Sequence record: OR352951.1
DNA from: Escherichia phage AV121
Reading direction: 5' to 3' (one strand)
DNA length: 64,000 nucleotides
Shown: positions 34,462-44,731 of the stretch, in pieces
Layout of the letters: every line of letters starts with the position of its first letter
Position numbering within the stretch: position 1 is the first letter of the stretch
Notes under the pieces: generated by a model
Database searches by the model: none
What the model saw: only the letters and a program-made list of their open reading frames with translations
Told to the model about the DNA's origin: nothing
Position numbers and translations under genes: made by a program

Positions 34462-34741
34462 ATTGAATCACCTTCAGTTGACGTTTTAGTTCTTTTATCA
34501 TTTCTTCGTTCATCGCAATATAAAGATCGCGTAAAGCAGGTTTTAACATTCCATTTACTGGAGAACTAAATGGACATACATAATCTTTTCCTACGAGCTT
34601 TTTGGTGAATTCCATATCACAGAACTGAAATGCCGGTTCATTGGCATAAATTCCCCAATTAGTTGACATCATTTTATTGGCATATTCCAACGCCTGGATT
34701 TGATTCTTAATTCCATCAATTTGAAACTTTTTAATATTCAT
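34445..34741 (-). CDS. hypothetical protein (98 aa)
   Basis: ORF in arn-motA interval. Confidence 0.4.
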   Translation of the reverse strand: MNIKKFQIDGIKNQIQALEYANKMMSTNWGIYANEPAFQFCDMEFTKKLVGKDYVCPFSSPVNGMLKPALRDLYIAMNEEMIKELKRQLKVIQFGQGN

Positions 34742-35202
34742 TAGTAAAGGTCCTCAGAGTAAAGTTCTTTTTCACTACCACCGCGTTCAATACGTACTTG
34801 TCCGGCGTAAGTTGCAATAATCATTGCTTCTTCACGTGTCCAGTAATTGCTATACTGATCAATAAACCCTTGGTCATCATCACAAACTTGCTGAGTAACT
34901 AATTGGGGTTTAACTACATCTAAAACTTCTGCCATATCTTTAGAATAATGACGAGCACCTGGAATAACAAGAGTTCGTCCATCTTTTAATTTAAAACGGT
35001 TGGCGGCACAAACAATTCGTCGTTGATACTTTTGGTTTTCATCCCAGTATGCGGTCTGCCAACAGATTTCAGGAACTTCTTTTAGAATATCTTCTTCTGT
35101 GCATTTATAACCATGCGCTTTAAATTTTTCAACAAGACTTTCTGGAGTTTCACGACATAAAGGAACATTCAGCATTTTTAAACGATTAATAAATGGGTTC
35201 AT
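34741..35202 (-). CDS. hypothetical protein (153 aa)
   Basis: ORF in arn-motA interval. Confidence 0.45.
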   Translation of the reverse strand: MNPFINRLKMLNVPLCRETPESLVEKFKAHGYKCTEEDILKEVPEICWQTAYWDENQKYQRRIVCAANRFKLKDGRTLVIPGARHYSKDMAEVLDVVKPQLVTQQVCDDDQGFIDQYSNYWTREEAMIIATYAGQVRIERGGSEKELYSEDLY

Positions 35203-35528
35203 TTAAACCATCCTTTAATACGTTGCCATAAAGTTTTCTGTTGAGCTTTGTTAACACCAATTGAACGAATAACTGGTTGAGATTCCTGAAATTCTTTATA
35301 ATCAGCAAGGTAAATTTCGTAAGCTGCATCCGTAAATGAACTTATCGCTGCCATAAAATTATTGCGAATACCTACTGGAGCATCTTTACTTTCACGAATA
35401 ATCATGTATTTACCAGTCTTAATCTTTACGATAGTTCCAAGATAAGCTCCATGGTACCAGATGTCCCAACCCTCTTGAGTAGGTTCTACACAACGACGAA
35501 GTTCATTGACAATTTCTAACTTGTTCAT
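35199..35528 (-). CDS. hypothetical protein (109 aa)
   Basis: ORF in arn-motA interval. Confidence 0.4.
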   Translation of the reverse strand: MNKLEIVNELRRCVEPTQEGWDIWYHGAYLGTIVKIKTGKYMIIRESKDAPVGIRNNFMAAISSFTDAAYEIYLADYKEFQESQPVIRSIGVNKAQQKTLWQRIKGWFK

Positions 35529-35538
35529 TATTTATTCC

Positions 35539-36174
35539 TCACAGTTCAGATGCTACAGTAATTACAGCTTCAATGTTTTCTGCCGAGCGTTTAATGTCAA
35601 GATACACATTACCGTTTTTAGCGATTTTACATGACATTCCGATATCAGTAAATTTCTGAATATGATGTTCCATCATTTTGTATCCAAAAATTCGCATATT
35701 TCCATTATTGTTAATTTCAAAATTACGAATTCCGTGAGTGCGTTTTTCTAAAATGGCAAGATAATTACTACGATAAGTTTCAACCTTTTTAAGAACAAAT
35801 CCATTTTCATCTAAAAGTTTTAACATGAGGTCTTTATCTTCTTCCATATCAGAAGTAATCTCACGAGCTTTACGAGTTGCTCGTTTTTTCAGTAGTTCCG
35901 GAGCATTTTCCTGCGCGTATAAAGTTGCTGCGTTTGAAATAATATCTTGAGCTTCACCTGTAATGATTAATCCATCACCAGATTTCTCCACCAGGCCTTT
36001 TTTAATCAATACCCCAATATTACTATTAACTACTGCGTTACCTAAATCTGGATGCACCTCACGAACTTCTGCAGCTGTAATGAAATCTTTCTTAGCAATG
36101 GTAATTAAAATCGCAGCAGTTTTTTCATTCAGAACATCGTTAGAAGCTTTGATGATGTAAGTTACTTTAGACAT
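35539..36174 (-). CDS. motA: middle-transcription activator MotA
   Basis: 211 aa at the T4 motA position. Confidence 0.8.
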   Translation of the reverse strand: MSKVTYIIKASNDVLNEKTAAILITIAKKDFITAAEVREVHPDLGNAVVNSNIGVLIKKGLVEKSGDGLIITGEAQDIISNAATLYAQENAPELLKKRATRKAREITSDMEEDKDLMLKLLDENGFVLKKVETYRSNYLAILEKRTHGIRNFEINNNGNMRIFGYKMMEHHIQKFTDIGMSCKIAKNGNVYLDIKRSAENIEAVITVASEL

Positions 36175-36185
36175 TTTAATCTCCG

Positions 36186-36240
36186 TTTCAGTTCATTTAT
36201 TTGATAGGTCTATAGTATCATGTTTAAAGCAGAAGTAAAC
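36186..36240 (-). promoter_or_regulatory. early promoter cassette upstream of motA (PeSL-like)
   Basis: tatagtat...gtaaac; shares cagttcatttatttgatag with the cassette at 36531-36586. Confidence 0.45.
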
Positions 36241-36279
36241 ACTTTTTTGCACTCTTTTTCAAGAGCTCTAATAAAGTAC

Positions 36280-36507
36280 TTACTTAATGTTCAGATTACG
36301 AACTTCGATTTCGTCTTCATGGGCAAAATCAAACTGTTTGAATTCTGTGTCACCTTTAAATTTAAAAATCATTGTGAAGAAAGTCAGAACACCAGGTTTT
36401 TCTTCACGAACTCCACAGATATCATATTCAATACCATCTACAACCAGTTTGTTAGCAGTCAGAGCATTTTTAGCTTTAACGATTTCGTTTTCGATTTTAA
36501 ATTTCAT
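36280..36507 (-). CDS. hypothetical protein (75 aa)
   Basis: ORF flanked on both sides by near-identical promoter cassettes. Confidence 0.45.
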   Translation of the reverse strand: MKFKIENEIVKAKNALTANKLVVDGIEYDICGVREEKPGVLTFFTMIFKFKGDTEFKQFDFAHEDEIEVRNLNIK

Positions 36508-36530
36508 TTTTTGTATCTCCGGGTTGTTTG

Positions 36531-36586
36531 TTTCAGTTCATTTATTTGATAGTTGTATAGTACCACAGTATGCTTTGGTTGTAAAC
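36531..36586 (-). promoter_or_regulatory. early promoter cassette (PeSL-like)
   Basis: tatagtacc...gtaaac then ttttgtgaaaaaattttt. Confidence 0.45.
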
Positions 36587-36609
36587 CGTTTTGTGAAAAA
36601 ATTTTTGAA

Positions 36610-36637
36610 ATAAAAAAGGGAGAGCCGAGGCTCTCCC
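36610..36637 (-). terminator. rho-independent terminator
   Basis: gggagagccgaggctctccc hairpin followed on the - strand by a U-run. Confidence 0.55.
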
Positions 36638-36642
36638 TAAAA

Positions 36643-36792
36643 TTACTGCATGACTGTGATAACTGTCATGATAACACGTTGAATTCCGAACGCAAGAAGA
36701 CCTCCTGCTACGGCAGGAACAACACCTAAACCCGCCAGTAAAATGCCACCAGATACTAATGCAGCGCTTGTGATACCAATGAATGGACTCAT
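36643..36792 (-). CDS. 49-aa glycine-zipper membrane peptide, translationally coupled to gene 52
   Basis: Not in ORF track; ATG overlaps the gene 52 stop (ATGA); translation MSPFIGITSAALVSGGILLAGLGVVPAVAGGLLAFG... Confidence 0.4.
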   Translation of the reverse strand: MSPFIGITSAALVSGGILLAGLGVVPAVAGGLLAFGIQRVIMTVITVMQ

Positions 36793-38117
36793 TTGATTTC
36801 CTCTAAATCTTTGGTGTATTCTGTAACTACATCAGTAGTTTTCCAATATTCGTTTTCTTCTTTTTTGGCTTTAGCTTCTTCAGCAAGTTTCTTTGCTTCG
36901 TCGGAAGTCATATGAAAAATATTCATTCCGACTAGTTTATCAACATAAGAAGAATACATATCAATTTTAGAAAGTTCTTCGGTCAGTTCTTTGCGAGTTT
37001 TACCCTGCACAACAATTTCACCTGAAATTACTTTCTTAATGAAATGTGCCTTGGCAAAGGCTAAACGAAATGCTGATTCAGTTTCTTTGATTTTGTTATC
37101 AATTCGTTTTTGGACATAAGTTTTACGAACTTCAACGAAGTCTTTGATTAAATCAACTACATTATCGTAAACTTGCAGCTTTCCTTTCTCATTAATGACG
37201 GTAATATTCTGGGAACGACGCTCAATCAACCCGAAGTCTTTCATAATTTTTGCATGGCGTTCTTCTTCATTATCGCTCAAAGAGTATTCTTTTCGGAATT
37301 TAACTTTGAAGCCAAAGCCATGCTCACCACAAGCATCATCCCATGTAATGAAGCCTTTATCTTCAAGCGGGTCTAAGATTTTACTCACATAAGTTTCACG
37401 ATCATACTTATATGGAATCTCAGTGATATGCATTTGAGTTCGTGAAGTAAACTTATATGTTCCACGAATTTCATATTGCCCATCAATTTCAACGACTTCA
37501 CCACGAAATTCTGGGAATTCTACCTTCGGTTTAGTTACTTTCTTTCCTTGAAGAGCTTGCAGTACAGCTTTCTTGACAGAAGAAACACTATGAGGAAGAA
37601 TGTAAGTTGCATAACCAGTTGCAATACCGGAAACGCCATTAAGAAGAACAGTAGGAATAATAGGCAAATAGAAAGCAGGCGGAATGTGTTCTTTATCTTG
37701 ATGTACTGGAGCATATTCAGTATCTTTATATACGTTATAGAAATTTTTACTTACACGAGCAAAAATATAACGACTTGCTGCTGCCTTTTGGACAGTACGA
37801 GAACCAAAGTTTCCTTGACCGTCTAACAGAGGAAAGTTATTATTCCAAGTGTTAGCCATCAAAGCACCTGCGTCTTGCGCAGAGTTTTCACCATGATGAT
37901 ATCCAAGGTCCGCTACACCGCCTGCGATAGAAGCGAGTTTGTGAAACTTATCTTTATTTCCTCGTGCCAAATCAAGAGCTCGAGCAATAACAAATCGTTG
38001 AACTGGCTTAAATCCGTCAATCATATTTGGAATGGCACGATTTTCAACCGTGTACATAGCATAAGCCAATGCTTCATTATCAATGATACTTTTTAAATCA
38101 CGATTATTCAGTTGCAT
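36789..38117 (-). CDS. 52: DNA topoisomerase II medium subunit gp52
   Basis: 442 aa, the T4 gp52 length, at the gene 52 position. Confidence 0.85.
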   Translation of the reverse strand: MQLNNRDLKSIIDNEALAYAMYTVENRAIPNMIDGFKPVQRFVIARALDLARGNKDKFHKLASIAGGVADLGYHHGENSAQDAGALMANTWNNNFPLLDGQGNFGSRTVQKAAASRYIFARVSKNFYNVYKDTEYAPVHQDKEHIPPAFYLPIIPTVLLNGVSGIATGYATYILPHSVSSVKKAVLQALQGKKVTKPKVEFPEFRGEVVEIDGQYEIRGTYKFTSRTQMHITEIPYKYDRETYVSKILDPLEDKGFITWDDACGEHGFGFKVKFRKEYSLSDNEEERHAKIMKDFGLIERRSQNITVINEKGKLQVYDNVVDLIKDFVEVRKTYVQKRIDNKIKETESAFRLAFAKAHFIKKVISGEIVVQGKTRKELTEELSKIDMYSSYVDKLVGMNIFHMTSDEAKKLAEEAKAKKEENEYWKTTDVVTEYTKDLEEIK

Positions 38118-38121
38118 AAAT

Positions 38122-38262
38122 TTACCATACTAGTGAATGTAGTGCCATAATAACATCAGAAATGAAAAGCACGACTTGAATTAATCCGAACATTATTCCG
38201 TAATATAATGCTATCAATAAAATAGCAAGGGCTAATGAATAGCCCAAGATTTTCTTAATCAT
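38122..38262 (-). CDS. 46-aa hydrophobic membrane peptide
   Basis: Not in ORF track; translation MIKKILGYSLALAILLIALYYGIMFGLIQVVLF...; start overlaps the ac stop. Confidence 0.4.
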   Translation of the reverse strand: MIKKILGYSLALAILLIALYYGIMFGLIQVVLFISDVIMALHSLVW

Positions 38263-38413
38263 TAGTAGATAACAACACAAATGTTAAATATGCACACATA
38301 CCCTGAGCTAAAGCTTGCGAAAACACACTGCTGGCATCAATACAGATAGTTAAAACACATGCTACTATCCAACAAATAAATGAAATAACTCCTAATAATT
38401 TTGCGATATTCAT
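38255..38413 (-). CDS. ac: acriflavine-resistance membrane peptide Ac
   Basis: Not in ORF track; 52 aa, MNIAKLLGVISFICWIVACVLTICIDASSVF..., at the T4 ac position. Confidence 0.6.
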   Translation of the reverse strand: MNIAKLLGVISFICWIVACVLTICIDASSVFSQALAQGMCAYLTFVLLSTND

Positions 38414-38420
38414 ATTTTCC

Positions 38421-38501
38421 TCACTGGCGTCCGAAGACGCCTTTAGTTTTAAGATTATTACGATAGAACTGCATCACGTGTTCGTTGTGGAAATTACTCA
38501 T
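38421..38501 (-). CDS. stp: Stp peptide (26 aa)
   Basis: Not in ORF track; translation [26 protein letters not shown] matches remembered T4 Stp; start overlaps the ndd stop (TAATG). Confidence 0.85.
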
Positions 38502-38959
38502 TAATATGCCTGCAAAACGAATTTAAAATTATCAGCCAACATACGGTTCATTTCTTCAAGTGTTTGATACTCAGAATGATGATTACGAGTAAACGCTAAA
38601 GCTAACTGTCCTTTTCCAAATCCCGTCGTCAGAGGTTTCATCTTAGAAGCAGGCAGATAAAATACTGCGTATGGAACATTGTTATTTGCAATAGTACGCG
38701 CAAGCTGAGACCGACGTTGACGAATATGACTTAGAACTGCACTGAATCCTTGCTTAGAACGCTGATTACCTACATAAAATCGTGCAGACACGCATGGATT
38801 ACTAAATGGACGACCATCTAATTTACTCACTAAAAAGTAAAATCCAGGTTTAGATAAAAAGTCTTTATGCGGAGTTCCCAAAAACCATTCACCGTTCTTG
38901 ATTGTACCAATAACGGTAGCGCCCGCATTATTCAGATCAGTAGCAGTCATATATTTCAT
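38501..38959 (-). CDS. ndd: nucleoid disruption protein Ndd
   Basis: 152 aa from the [19 protein letters not shown] start; matches remembered Ndd. Confidence 0.8.
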
Positions 38960-39019
38960 ATTAATTTCCTCTAAATTATTTTCTACTCCAAGGCCGCATG
39001 AATACACGCGGCCATTAAA

Positions 39020-39235
39020 TTAATCGTCGCAGTCGACGCTCAATTCCCAAAACTCTTCTACGGTATAAGTTTCAGTATCATTTTCAATACAGAAACGTTC
39101 ATTACTGTTATTTGCTAAAGTAGCATTAACTGTCGGTTTCTCGCTAGTGCTCTTAAGAGGTGAAATACGAATTAACTGATCACCATTATCTAAACAAAAA
39201 ATTTCACCAACTTTTACATCTTTAAAGATTTTCAT
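39020..39235 (-). CDS. hypothetical protein (71 aa)
   Basis: ORF downstream of ndd region. Confidence 0.4.
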   Translation of the reverse strand: MKIFKDVKVGEIFCLDNGDQLIRISPLKSTSEKPTVNATLANNSNERFCIENDTETYTVEEFWELSVDCDD

Positions 39236-39350
39236 AATTCACCTCAAGGAGTATAAAATCCAAACGCAGTTGTTGACCATCCCATCCAATATGGGAAATT
39301 TGCGCCAATGTAAAACATAAGAATATAAAACCAACCGCTCAGCAAATTCA

Positions 39351-39548
39351 TCATTTTACACCATTCCAAATTGTTTCAACCACGGATTTTAAACCATTTT
39401 GATGAATGTCCATTCCAACTACCGCCATCAAATAGATTCCAACTACAACTGAACCTAAGGCAAAAATCAGCATGAAAATGAATAAAGCCGGAAAAATATT
39501 ATCGAAAAACCATTCAATAAATGTAAAAGCACTGCGTTTACGCTTCAT
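39351..39548 (-). CDS. hypothetical membrane protein (65 aa)
   Basis: Track ORF starts with TTG; ATG at 39546-39548 with GAGG Shine-Dalgarno; hydrophobic core. Confidence 0.4.
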   Translation of the reverse strand: MKRKRSAFTFIEWFFDNIFPALFIFMLIFALGSVVVGIYLMAVVGMDIHQNGLKSVVETIWNGVK

Positions 39549-39555
39549 ATTTTCC

Positions 39556-39669
39556 TCACATAAATCCAAAGTAAGCGTTTAATACATCAATCATTAAAAC
39601 GATTGGGAATATACTCAAAACTATTAGTATTATAACTACATTCCATATAGCTTTAACAATCTTTTTCAT
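39556..39669 (-). CDS. hypothetical membrane peptide (37 aa)
   Basis: ATG with GGAGG Shine-Dalgarno; MKKIVKAIWNVVIILIVLSIFPIVLMI... Confidence 0.35.
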   Translation of the reverse strand: MKKIVKAIWNVVIILIVLSIFPIVLMIDVLNAYFGFM

Positions 39670-39695
39670 TTTCTGTTCCTCCGTAGTTGATAGGG

Positions 39696-39728
39696 TAATA
39701 GTACCACGGAAGAACAGTCTTGTAAACA
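39696..39728 (-). promoter_or_regulatory. T4-type early promoter
   Basis: taatagtacc...gtaaac. Confidence 0.4.
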
Positions 39729-39912
39729 ACTTTTTTAAAAATATTCGTAATAAATGTGAATACCAATCACTACTGCCGAAACTTGTGCAACCCACCACGC
39801 ACAAGCAATAAGTACAGAATTAAAAATTTTCATAATAACCTCATCACAAAAGTAAATGTTAAACAAATTGCTGGAATACTAATTAACCAAACAAAACACC
39901 ACCATAGTGAAC

Positions 39913-40176
39913 TCATAGTTCAATCTCAGCGATTTTCATTTCATTACTATTAATAGCCGCTTTAAGACTATCTGAAAGAATTACATTCCAGTGGTCATTC
40001 ATATGACCATTAACTAAGCGTGTAATTTCTTCAGGAGTTGAAAAATAAGGCTGATCGGACTCCCAATGCGATAATCCTAAGCGAGTATAAATCATGCCTT
40101 CATCATCGCTAGAATATTCAACTGACACAAACTCATCAGTTATTTTATGCTTAGCATAATAAAATTTAAATTTCAT
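39913..40176 (-). CDS. hypothetical protein (87 aa)
   Basis: ATG at 40174-40176 with GGAG Shine-Dalgarno; the track's longer ORF reads through the promoter. Confidence 0.4.
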   Translation of the reverse strand: MKFKFYYAKHKITDEFVSVEYSSDDEGMIYTRLGLSHWESDQPYFSTPEEITRLVNGHMNDHWNVILSDSLKAAINSNEMKIAEIEL

Positions 40177-40210
40177 TTTACTCTCCAAATCCGTATTAGT
40201 TGATAGTTGT

Positions 40211-40240
40211 ATAGTACCACGGTCCTTGTGGTATGTAAAC
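40211..40240 (-). promoter_or_regulatory. T4-type early promoter
   Basis: tatagtacc...gtaaac then ttttgtgaaaattttt. Confidence 0.45.
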
Positions 40241-40256
40241 CGTTTTGTGAAAATTT

Positions 40257-40814
40257 TTAAATGGAAAGATACCATCCGTTGTAGTTGCTTTTTCTTACAA
40301 CCTTACGAAGGTCTTCTCTATCACCGATGAACTTCGGAGTGTACTGGATGACACCTGGGTGAATTTCTTTAGTGTTGAATATAATTATACAGTCAGCGAC
40401 CTGATGATTCAGAATGGGCCCTAGATTTATTCCAGAACCGTATGGATACTCTCCGCTGCATCCTGTTGTTACAGAAATCCAACGCGAGTCAGTTTGATGT
40501 GTCTTAACTTCTACACGAAGCCCGCAGTATCTTGGATGCGCCAATACATCCCATGCGTATGTATACGGGTCATTAACATCCTCTTGGCCTTTGTTAACAT
40601 ACCCGTTTAGCCAATCTGCTACAAAAAACTCTGCGTACACCGCGATACGACATCTTTCAATAACTTCTGCTTTATCCTGGTTCGGGTTTTGTTTTAAAGA
40701 GTATCTTGCTGTATCAGCAATTTTGACCTTCATTTCACTAGTCAAGTCACTGTTCGATAGGGTAAATGTCGGAATCTGAAATAGTCTCTGTAACCCCGGA
40801 TTCGTTTTCTGCAT
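40257..40814 (-). CDS. denB: endonuclease IV
   Basis: 185 aa, the T4 EndoIV length, at the denB position before rIIB. Confidence 0.75.
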   Translation of the reverse strand: MQKTNPGLQRLFQIPTFTLSNSDLTSEMKVKIADTARYSLKQNPNQDKAEVIERCRIAVYAEFFVADWLNGYVNKGQEDVNDPYTYAWDVLAHPRYCGLRVEVKTHQTDSRWISVTTGCSGEYPYGSGINLGPILNHQVADCIIIFNTKEIHPGVIQYTPKFIGDREDLRKVVRKSNYNGWYLSI

Positions 40815-41076
40815 TTAAACTTTCCTTTTTACCACTAAGATAAGCGTTATACACTTTAAGAGTACCATAGTAAATTCGATCATTTTCATCTAAAGAATTA
40901 CGATCAAGTTCATCGAGATTCTTTTTGTCCATGACTATAACATCATTGCAGTAAAGAACTCCAAGTTTTTCATGCCCAAACTCGAATTTATTGCAGTACA
41001 CAATATTAGCGTAATGATTACCATGTAGAGAAATTTCTTTTATGTCGGTGTCACCGATATTCATACAATAAATCAT
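40747..41076 (-). CDS. hypothetical protein (109 aa)
   Basis: ORF; 3' end overlaps the denB start by about 68 nt, so the true extent is uncertain. Confidence 0.35.
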   Translation of the reverse strand: MIYCMNIGDTDIKEISLHGNHYANIVYCNKFEFGHEKLGVLYCNDVIVMDKKNLDELDRNSLDENDRIYYGTLKVYNAYLSGKKESLNAENESGVTETISDSDIYPIEQ

Positions 41077-41086
41077 AATTTACCTT

Positions 41087-41110
41087 AAAACAAAAGGGCC
41101 GAAGCCCTTA
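41087..41110 (-). terminator. rho-independent terminator (GGGCUUCGGCCC hairpin + U-run)
   Basis: aagggccgaagccctt hairpin with a T-rich tract on the - strand. Confidence 0.5.
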
Positions 41111-41111
41111 T

Positions 41112-41306
41112 TTATTTGAATTGTTCAATTCTTTTCTCTAGACATTCAGCATAAGATTTCATTGAGATGAACTGTGAAAGTAGCAATTCTTGCTCAACTG
41201 CACTAACTGTTAGAAACTTTGCGCTTTCTAAAAATTTGCTCAGTGCATTAATTTTGAGCATTAATTGATCGTATTCTTCTTTTACTCGTGCTTGATAACC
41301 TAACAT
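41112..41306 (-). CDS. hypothetical protein (64 aa)
   Basis: ORF with AAGGAAAA Shine-Dalgarno downstream of rIIB. Confidence 0.4.
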   Translation of the reverse strand: MLGYQARVKEEYDQLMLKINALSKFLESAKFLTVSAVEQELLLSQFISMKSYAECLEKRIEQFK

Positions 41307-41334
41307 AATTTTCCTTAGTTAAGGGCCGAAGCCC

Positions 41335-42273
41335 TTATTTAAATTGTTCAGTAACGTCTTCAACTACTTCGTATTGGCAGGTACGCATTTTAGCATCGTT
41401 GTAATCAATCGGAATTGATACTACATCACGCGGATGTACTTTAACTTTTACAACTCGGCTGGTTGAACTGCCAAAGTGACGAATATAAGATTTAGAACAT
41501 ACATGCAGACCACGAGAACAAGTTTGTGTATCATCGTCATTCACACGAGTACGTGGCATTTTAACTACTTTACCCGGACTGTTATCAAAGGTGTTTGAGT
41601 GACAGTCAAAGTAATTGCTGCGAACTACTTTCCAAGCATAGAAGTAGCCATCTTCTGTAATTTCAATATCGTTTGCTACCAAGAAATCAAAGAGTCGAGA
41701 TACCGCTTTTTGGCTTGGGTTTTCCAACAGATTTTCCAAGAACGGAAAATAAAATTCAAAGTTTTCGCCTTTTTCCATCGAGTCAAGAATACGATCAACC
41801 AAACCAGATCGCAATTCAATATTTTGATAGAACAAGCTTCCACCTTCAATTCGAACATCGCCGGAAATATATTTTTCAACAGCGCGACGAACATTAATTT
41901 TTTGTGCCGCTTCTTCCAACTTATCCGCTACAAGCAGATTAAGAATTTCCTGGAAGTTTGAATGAGTATTAGGAGTTGCGTTATAAGTTACACCGTCAAC
42001 AGTAATTGAAATGAATTTTTTAGATGCATTCCAAATAATGTCAGATTTAGCAACTGGAGCAATAACTGCATCGCTATTAACTTTAACTGTAATATCACCG
42101 CTAATAGTAACTTTAGAGCGTTTAGCTTCTTCAGCATTTTTCAAAACACGACGGATTGTGTCAACCGATACACCTTGCCAATCAGCCAATTCCTGTTGGG
42201 TGTAATTACCACTTGAATATAGTTTAACAATTTCAGCTTGTTCGTTTTTGGTCAGGCATTTAATATTGTACAT
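41335..42273 (-). CDS. rIIB: rIIB membrane-associated protein
   Basis: 312 aa, the T4 rIIB length, directly downstream of rIIA. Confidence 0.85.
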   Translation of the reverse strand: MYNIKCLTKNEQAEIVKLYSSGNYTQQELADWQGVSVDTIRRVLKNAEEAKRSKVTISGDITVKVNSDAVIAPVAKSDIIWNASKKFISITVDGVTYNATPNTHSNFQEILNLLVADKLEEAAQKINVRRAVEKYISGDVRIEGGSLFYQNIELRSGLVDRILDSMEKGENFEFYFPFLENLLENPSQKAVSRLFDFLVANDIEITEDGYFYAWKVVRSNYFDCHSNTFDNSPGKVVKMPRTRVNDDDTQTCSRGLHVCSKSYIRHFGSSTSRVVKVKVHPRDVVSIPIDYNDAKMRTCQYEVVEDVTEQFK

Positions 42274-42284
42274 AATTTTCCTTA

Positions 42285-44462
42285 TTAGGCCGCAAGGGCC
42301 TTCATAGTTTTAGCGATTTGAGAAACTTCATCATCACTTAAAGAGTTGCGATATCCGATGAAGTCGGAAACAATTCGGAATTTCTTGGTAAACTCAGCAA
42401 CCATTTTATCACTGTTTTTTGAAGCATTATTTGATAATACATCAAAAAGATTAGTTACTGTCCAGATGTCATGACCAATGGTATCTTTTCCACCATTAAA
42501 ATATACACCGCGCAATGAACTAACTATATTAGCGAGTCGTGTATATTCTTCAGAAACTTCATCTGTACTGAAGTACTTCATCATAAAATCTAACTCAGGA
42601 TACTTGATAATTTTATCAATATATCGTTGAGCTGAACTTGAATAACCTACGTACTTATCATAATCTACATCATCAAAAGCATCTACATATAAATCACGCA
42701 AAGTTTCAAAAATACATTGGCACTGACCGAGTTCTTTTACCTTTTTCTGTAAAAGCGGACGAATAACATAAAATTCATTAATGCCAATAAGATTAGCCAT
42801 ACGAATCAAAATATTCATAGATGGATGACAAAGAGATGTAGTACCATCCATAGAGAAAATATCAGAACGATGCATATACGCTACATAACCAGTAATTTCA
42901 TCTGCTTCTGATGTGAGCGTAAATAATTCCTCTTTTTCCCAGCGCCCGTCTTTAATTTCAAACTTAAATGCTGTAGCAGCTTTAGGACGAGGAGCTTTAC
43001 TTTTAACTACCTTTGGAATATAGCTTTTAACTAAAGCTTCGATTTCTGACAAATAATGAATGTTAACTTCATCATTTTCAAACATTGCCATAATATCAGG
43101 GAGTAAATCAATCTGTGATTCTACTTCCGGATTAATAAACAGAAGACGCTCATTATGATGAATATTCAAAGTGTTATTAAATTCACTATCATCTAACGCA
43201 TGTGCTAATCCACGAACAATATTAACACGATTTTTAATATTATCAATAACGATATTAATTTTTGTTGTATTAATACCAAACAGACGATAACTTGATGCAA
43301 CGGCTGAAGTTTCATGACTTTGCTTAATGCGCTTCAGTCGAGGGTCAAGATTTACTTCATACACAACTCCTGCATTGCATAACTTACTATCAGGTTCAAA
43401 CATGCTTTGCATCTTCTTATATGACAGATTTTTAGTCGTAAATTTGACTGAATTACTAATCATATAATCTCGAGCAGAATACCCCATCTTCATCAATTCA
43501 CGATATGTGTGACGAGGAGATGTAGATTCTTTAAATCGTTTTACATCTTCATTAAATGCTTTCTCACTGAGTTCTTTAACTCGTTCAATAATATTTTTAC
43601 GAGTGCGATCATCCAGTGAAAGAGCCTCGCGAGATGGAGCAATATCAAGTGAACCCATTGGAAACTTAATGTAATTCACTTCATTGCGAATGCTTAGCCA
43701 GTTACGGTCTCTAATAACACCATCGATAGGATAAACAATACCGCCATAGATAGCATATAATCCACCACGATCAGGCCAGTATCTTTCTGGATTTATGCCG
43801 TAATAATCATCAAAATCCGGAAAATAATCAATTTCGCGGTCAAGACCATTAATGATAGCCAAATCTTTGAATGGTCGCATGATATAAGAAACTTCATAAG
43901 CAAAGTTTCTAAAGTCTTTTTCTTCAACTGGAACTACAATTTCAATACCAGTTTTATCGTCTGGACCCATTTCCTTTACGAATGTAGGTTTAATCTGCGG
44001 ACCATCACCATCCATGTAAGCTACATAACCACGAATTTCACCTTTATGATACGAAGTAATACTAAACGTATCAGTATAACTAAACGGAGATTTAGAACCT
44101 AAACCAAATCCGCCAATAAAGTCATTAGATTCAGCTTTAGATGAACTGAAGTATGAATTATACAACCCAGGAGAATTATCATCACCCTGAATATCAAAAT
44201 CACTCATACCCGGACCAAAATCTCGACAAACAAATCGTGGGTCTAAACGTCCAGGAACTTGAATGATAAATTTTTCAGGATTTCCATTGAGAGCATGGGC
44301 ATCAATCATGTTAGTAATTAATTCACGGACCACTGCGCGAATCTTGTTTGTATACAAATCAGATGATAGAATTTTAAATACTTTAGGATTTGCTGCGATG
44401 CTAAATGCTTTTGATTTAGAACCATTGCCAAGAATTGTTTCTTTTTCAGTGGTGATAATCAT
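42285..44462 (-). CDS. rIIA: rIIA protein
   Basis: 725 aa, the T4 rIIA length; N-terminal ATPase-like region. Confidence 0.85.
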   Translation of the reverse strand: MIITTEKETILGNGSKSKAFSIAANPKVFKILSSDLYTNKIRAVVRELITNMIDAHALNGNPEKFIIQVPGRLDPRFVCRDFGPGMSDFDIQGDDNSPGLYNSYFSSSKAESNDFIGGFGLGSKSPFSYTDTFSITSYHKGEIRGYVAYMDGDGPQIKPTFVKEMGPDDKTGIEIVVPVEEKDFRNFAYEVSYIMRPFKDLAIINGLDREIDYFPDFDDYYGINPERYWPDRGGLYAIYGGIVYPIDGVIRDRNWLSIRNEVNYIKFPMGSLDIAPSREALSLDDRTRKNIIERVKELSEKAFNEDVKRFKESTSPRHTYRELMKMGYSARDYMISNSVKFTTKNLSYKKMQSMFEPDSKLCNAGVVYEVNLDPRLKRIKQSHETSAVASSYRLFGINTTKINIVIDNIKNRVNIVRGLAHALDDSEFNNTLNIHHNERLLFINPEVESQIDLLPDIMAMFENDEVNIHYLSEIEALVKSYIPKVVKSKAPRPKAATAFKFEIKDGRWEKEELFTLTSEADEITGYVAYMHRSDIFSMDGTTSLCHPSMNILIRMANLIGINEFYVIRPLLQKKVKELGQCQCIFETLRDLYVDAFDDVDYDKYVGYSSSAQRYIDKIIKYPELDFMMKYFSTDEVSEEYTRLANIVSSLRGVYFNGGKDTIGHDIWTVTNLFDVLSNNASKNSDKMVAEFTKKFRIVSDFIGYRNSLSDDEVSQIAKTMKALAA

Positions 44463-44472
44463 AATTTCCTCA

Positions 44473-44676
44473 TTAATTCATATTACGCTTAATAACTTCA
44501 GCAACTTCTAGTAGTTCATCTTTAGTTGCGGTGTCGGATTGAATTTTATCTCTAATATCCTTAAAGCGGTTTTTAAATTCTTCGGCTTCTCCCATATCGA
44601 AAAAGCGTTGAATGATTCTATATTCTCGATGAACTGCTTTATCAAAAAGTTCTAAATTTACTTTATATGATTTCAT
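44473..44676 (-). CDS. hypothetical protein (67 aa; rIIA.1 position)
   Basis: ORF immediately upstream of rIIA. Confidence 0.45.
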   Translation of the reverse strand: MKSYKVNLELFDKAVHREYRIIQRFFDMGEAEEFKNRFKDIRDKIQSDTATKDELLEVAEVIKRNMN

Positions 44677-44702
44677 TTCAATATCCTCATTTGCCCAATT
44701 AA

Positions 44703-44731
44703 TTATACCACATCCTTGTGGTAAAGTAAAC
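44703..44731 (-). promoter_or_regulatory. T4-type early promoter
   Basis: ttatacc...gtaaac. Confidence 0.4.
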
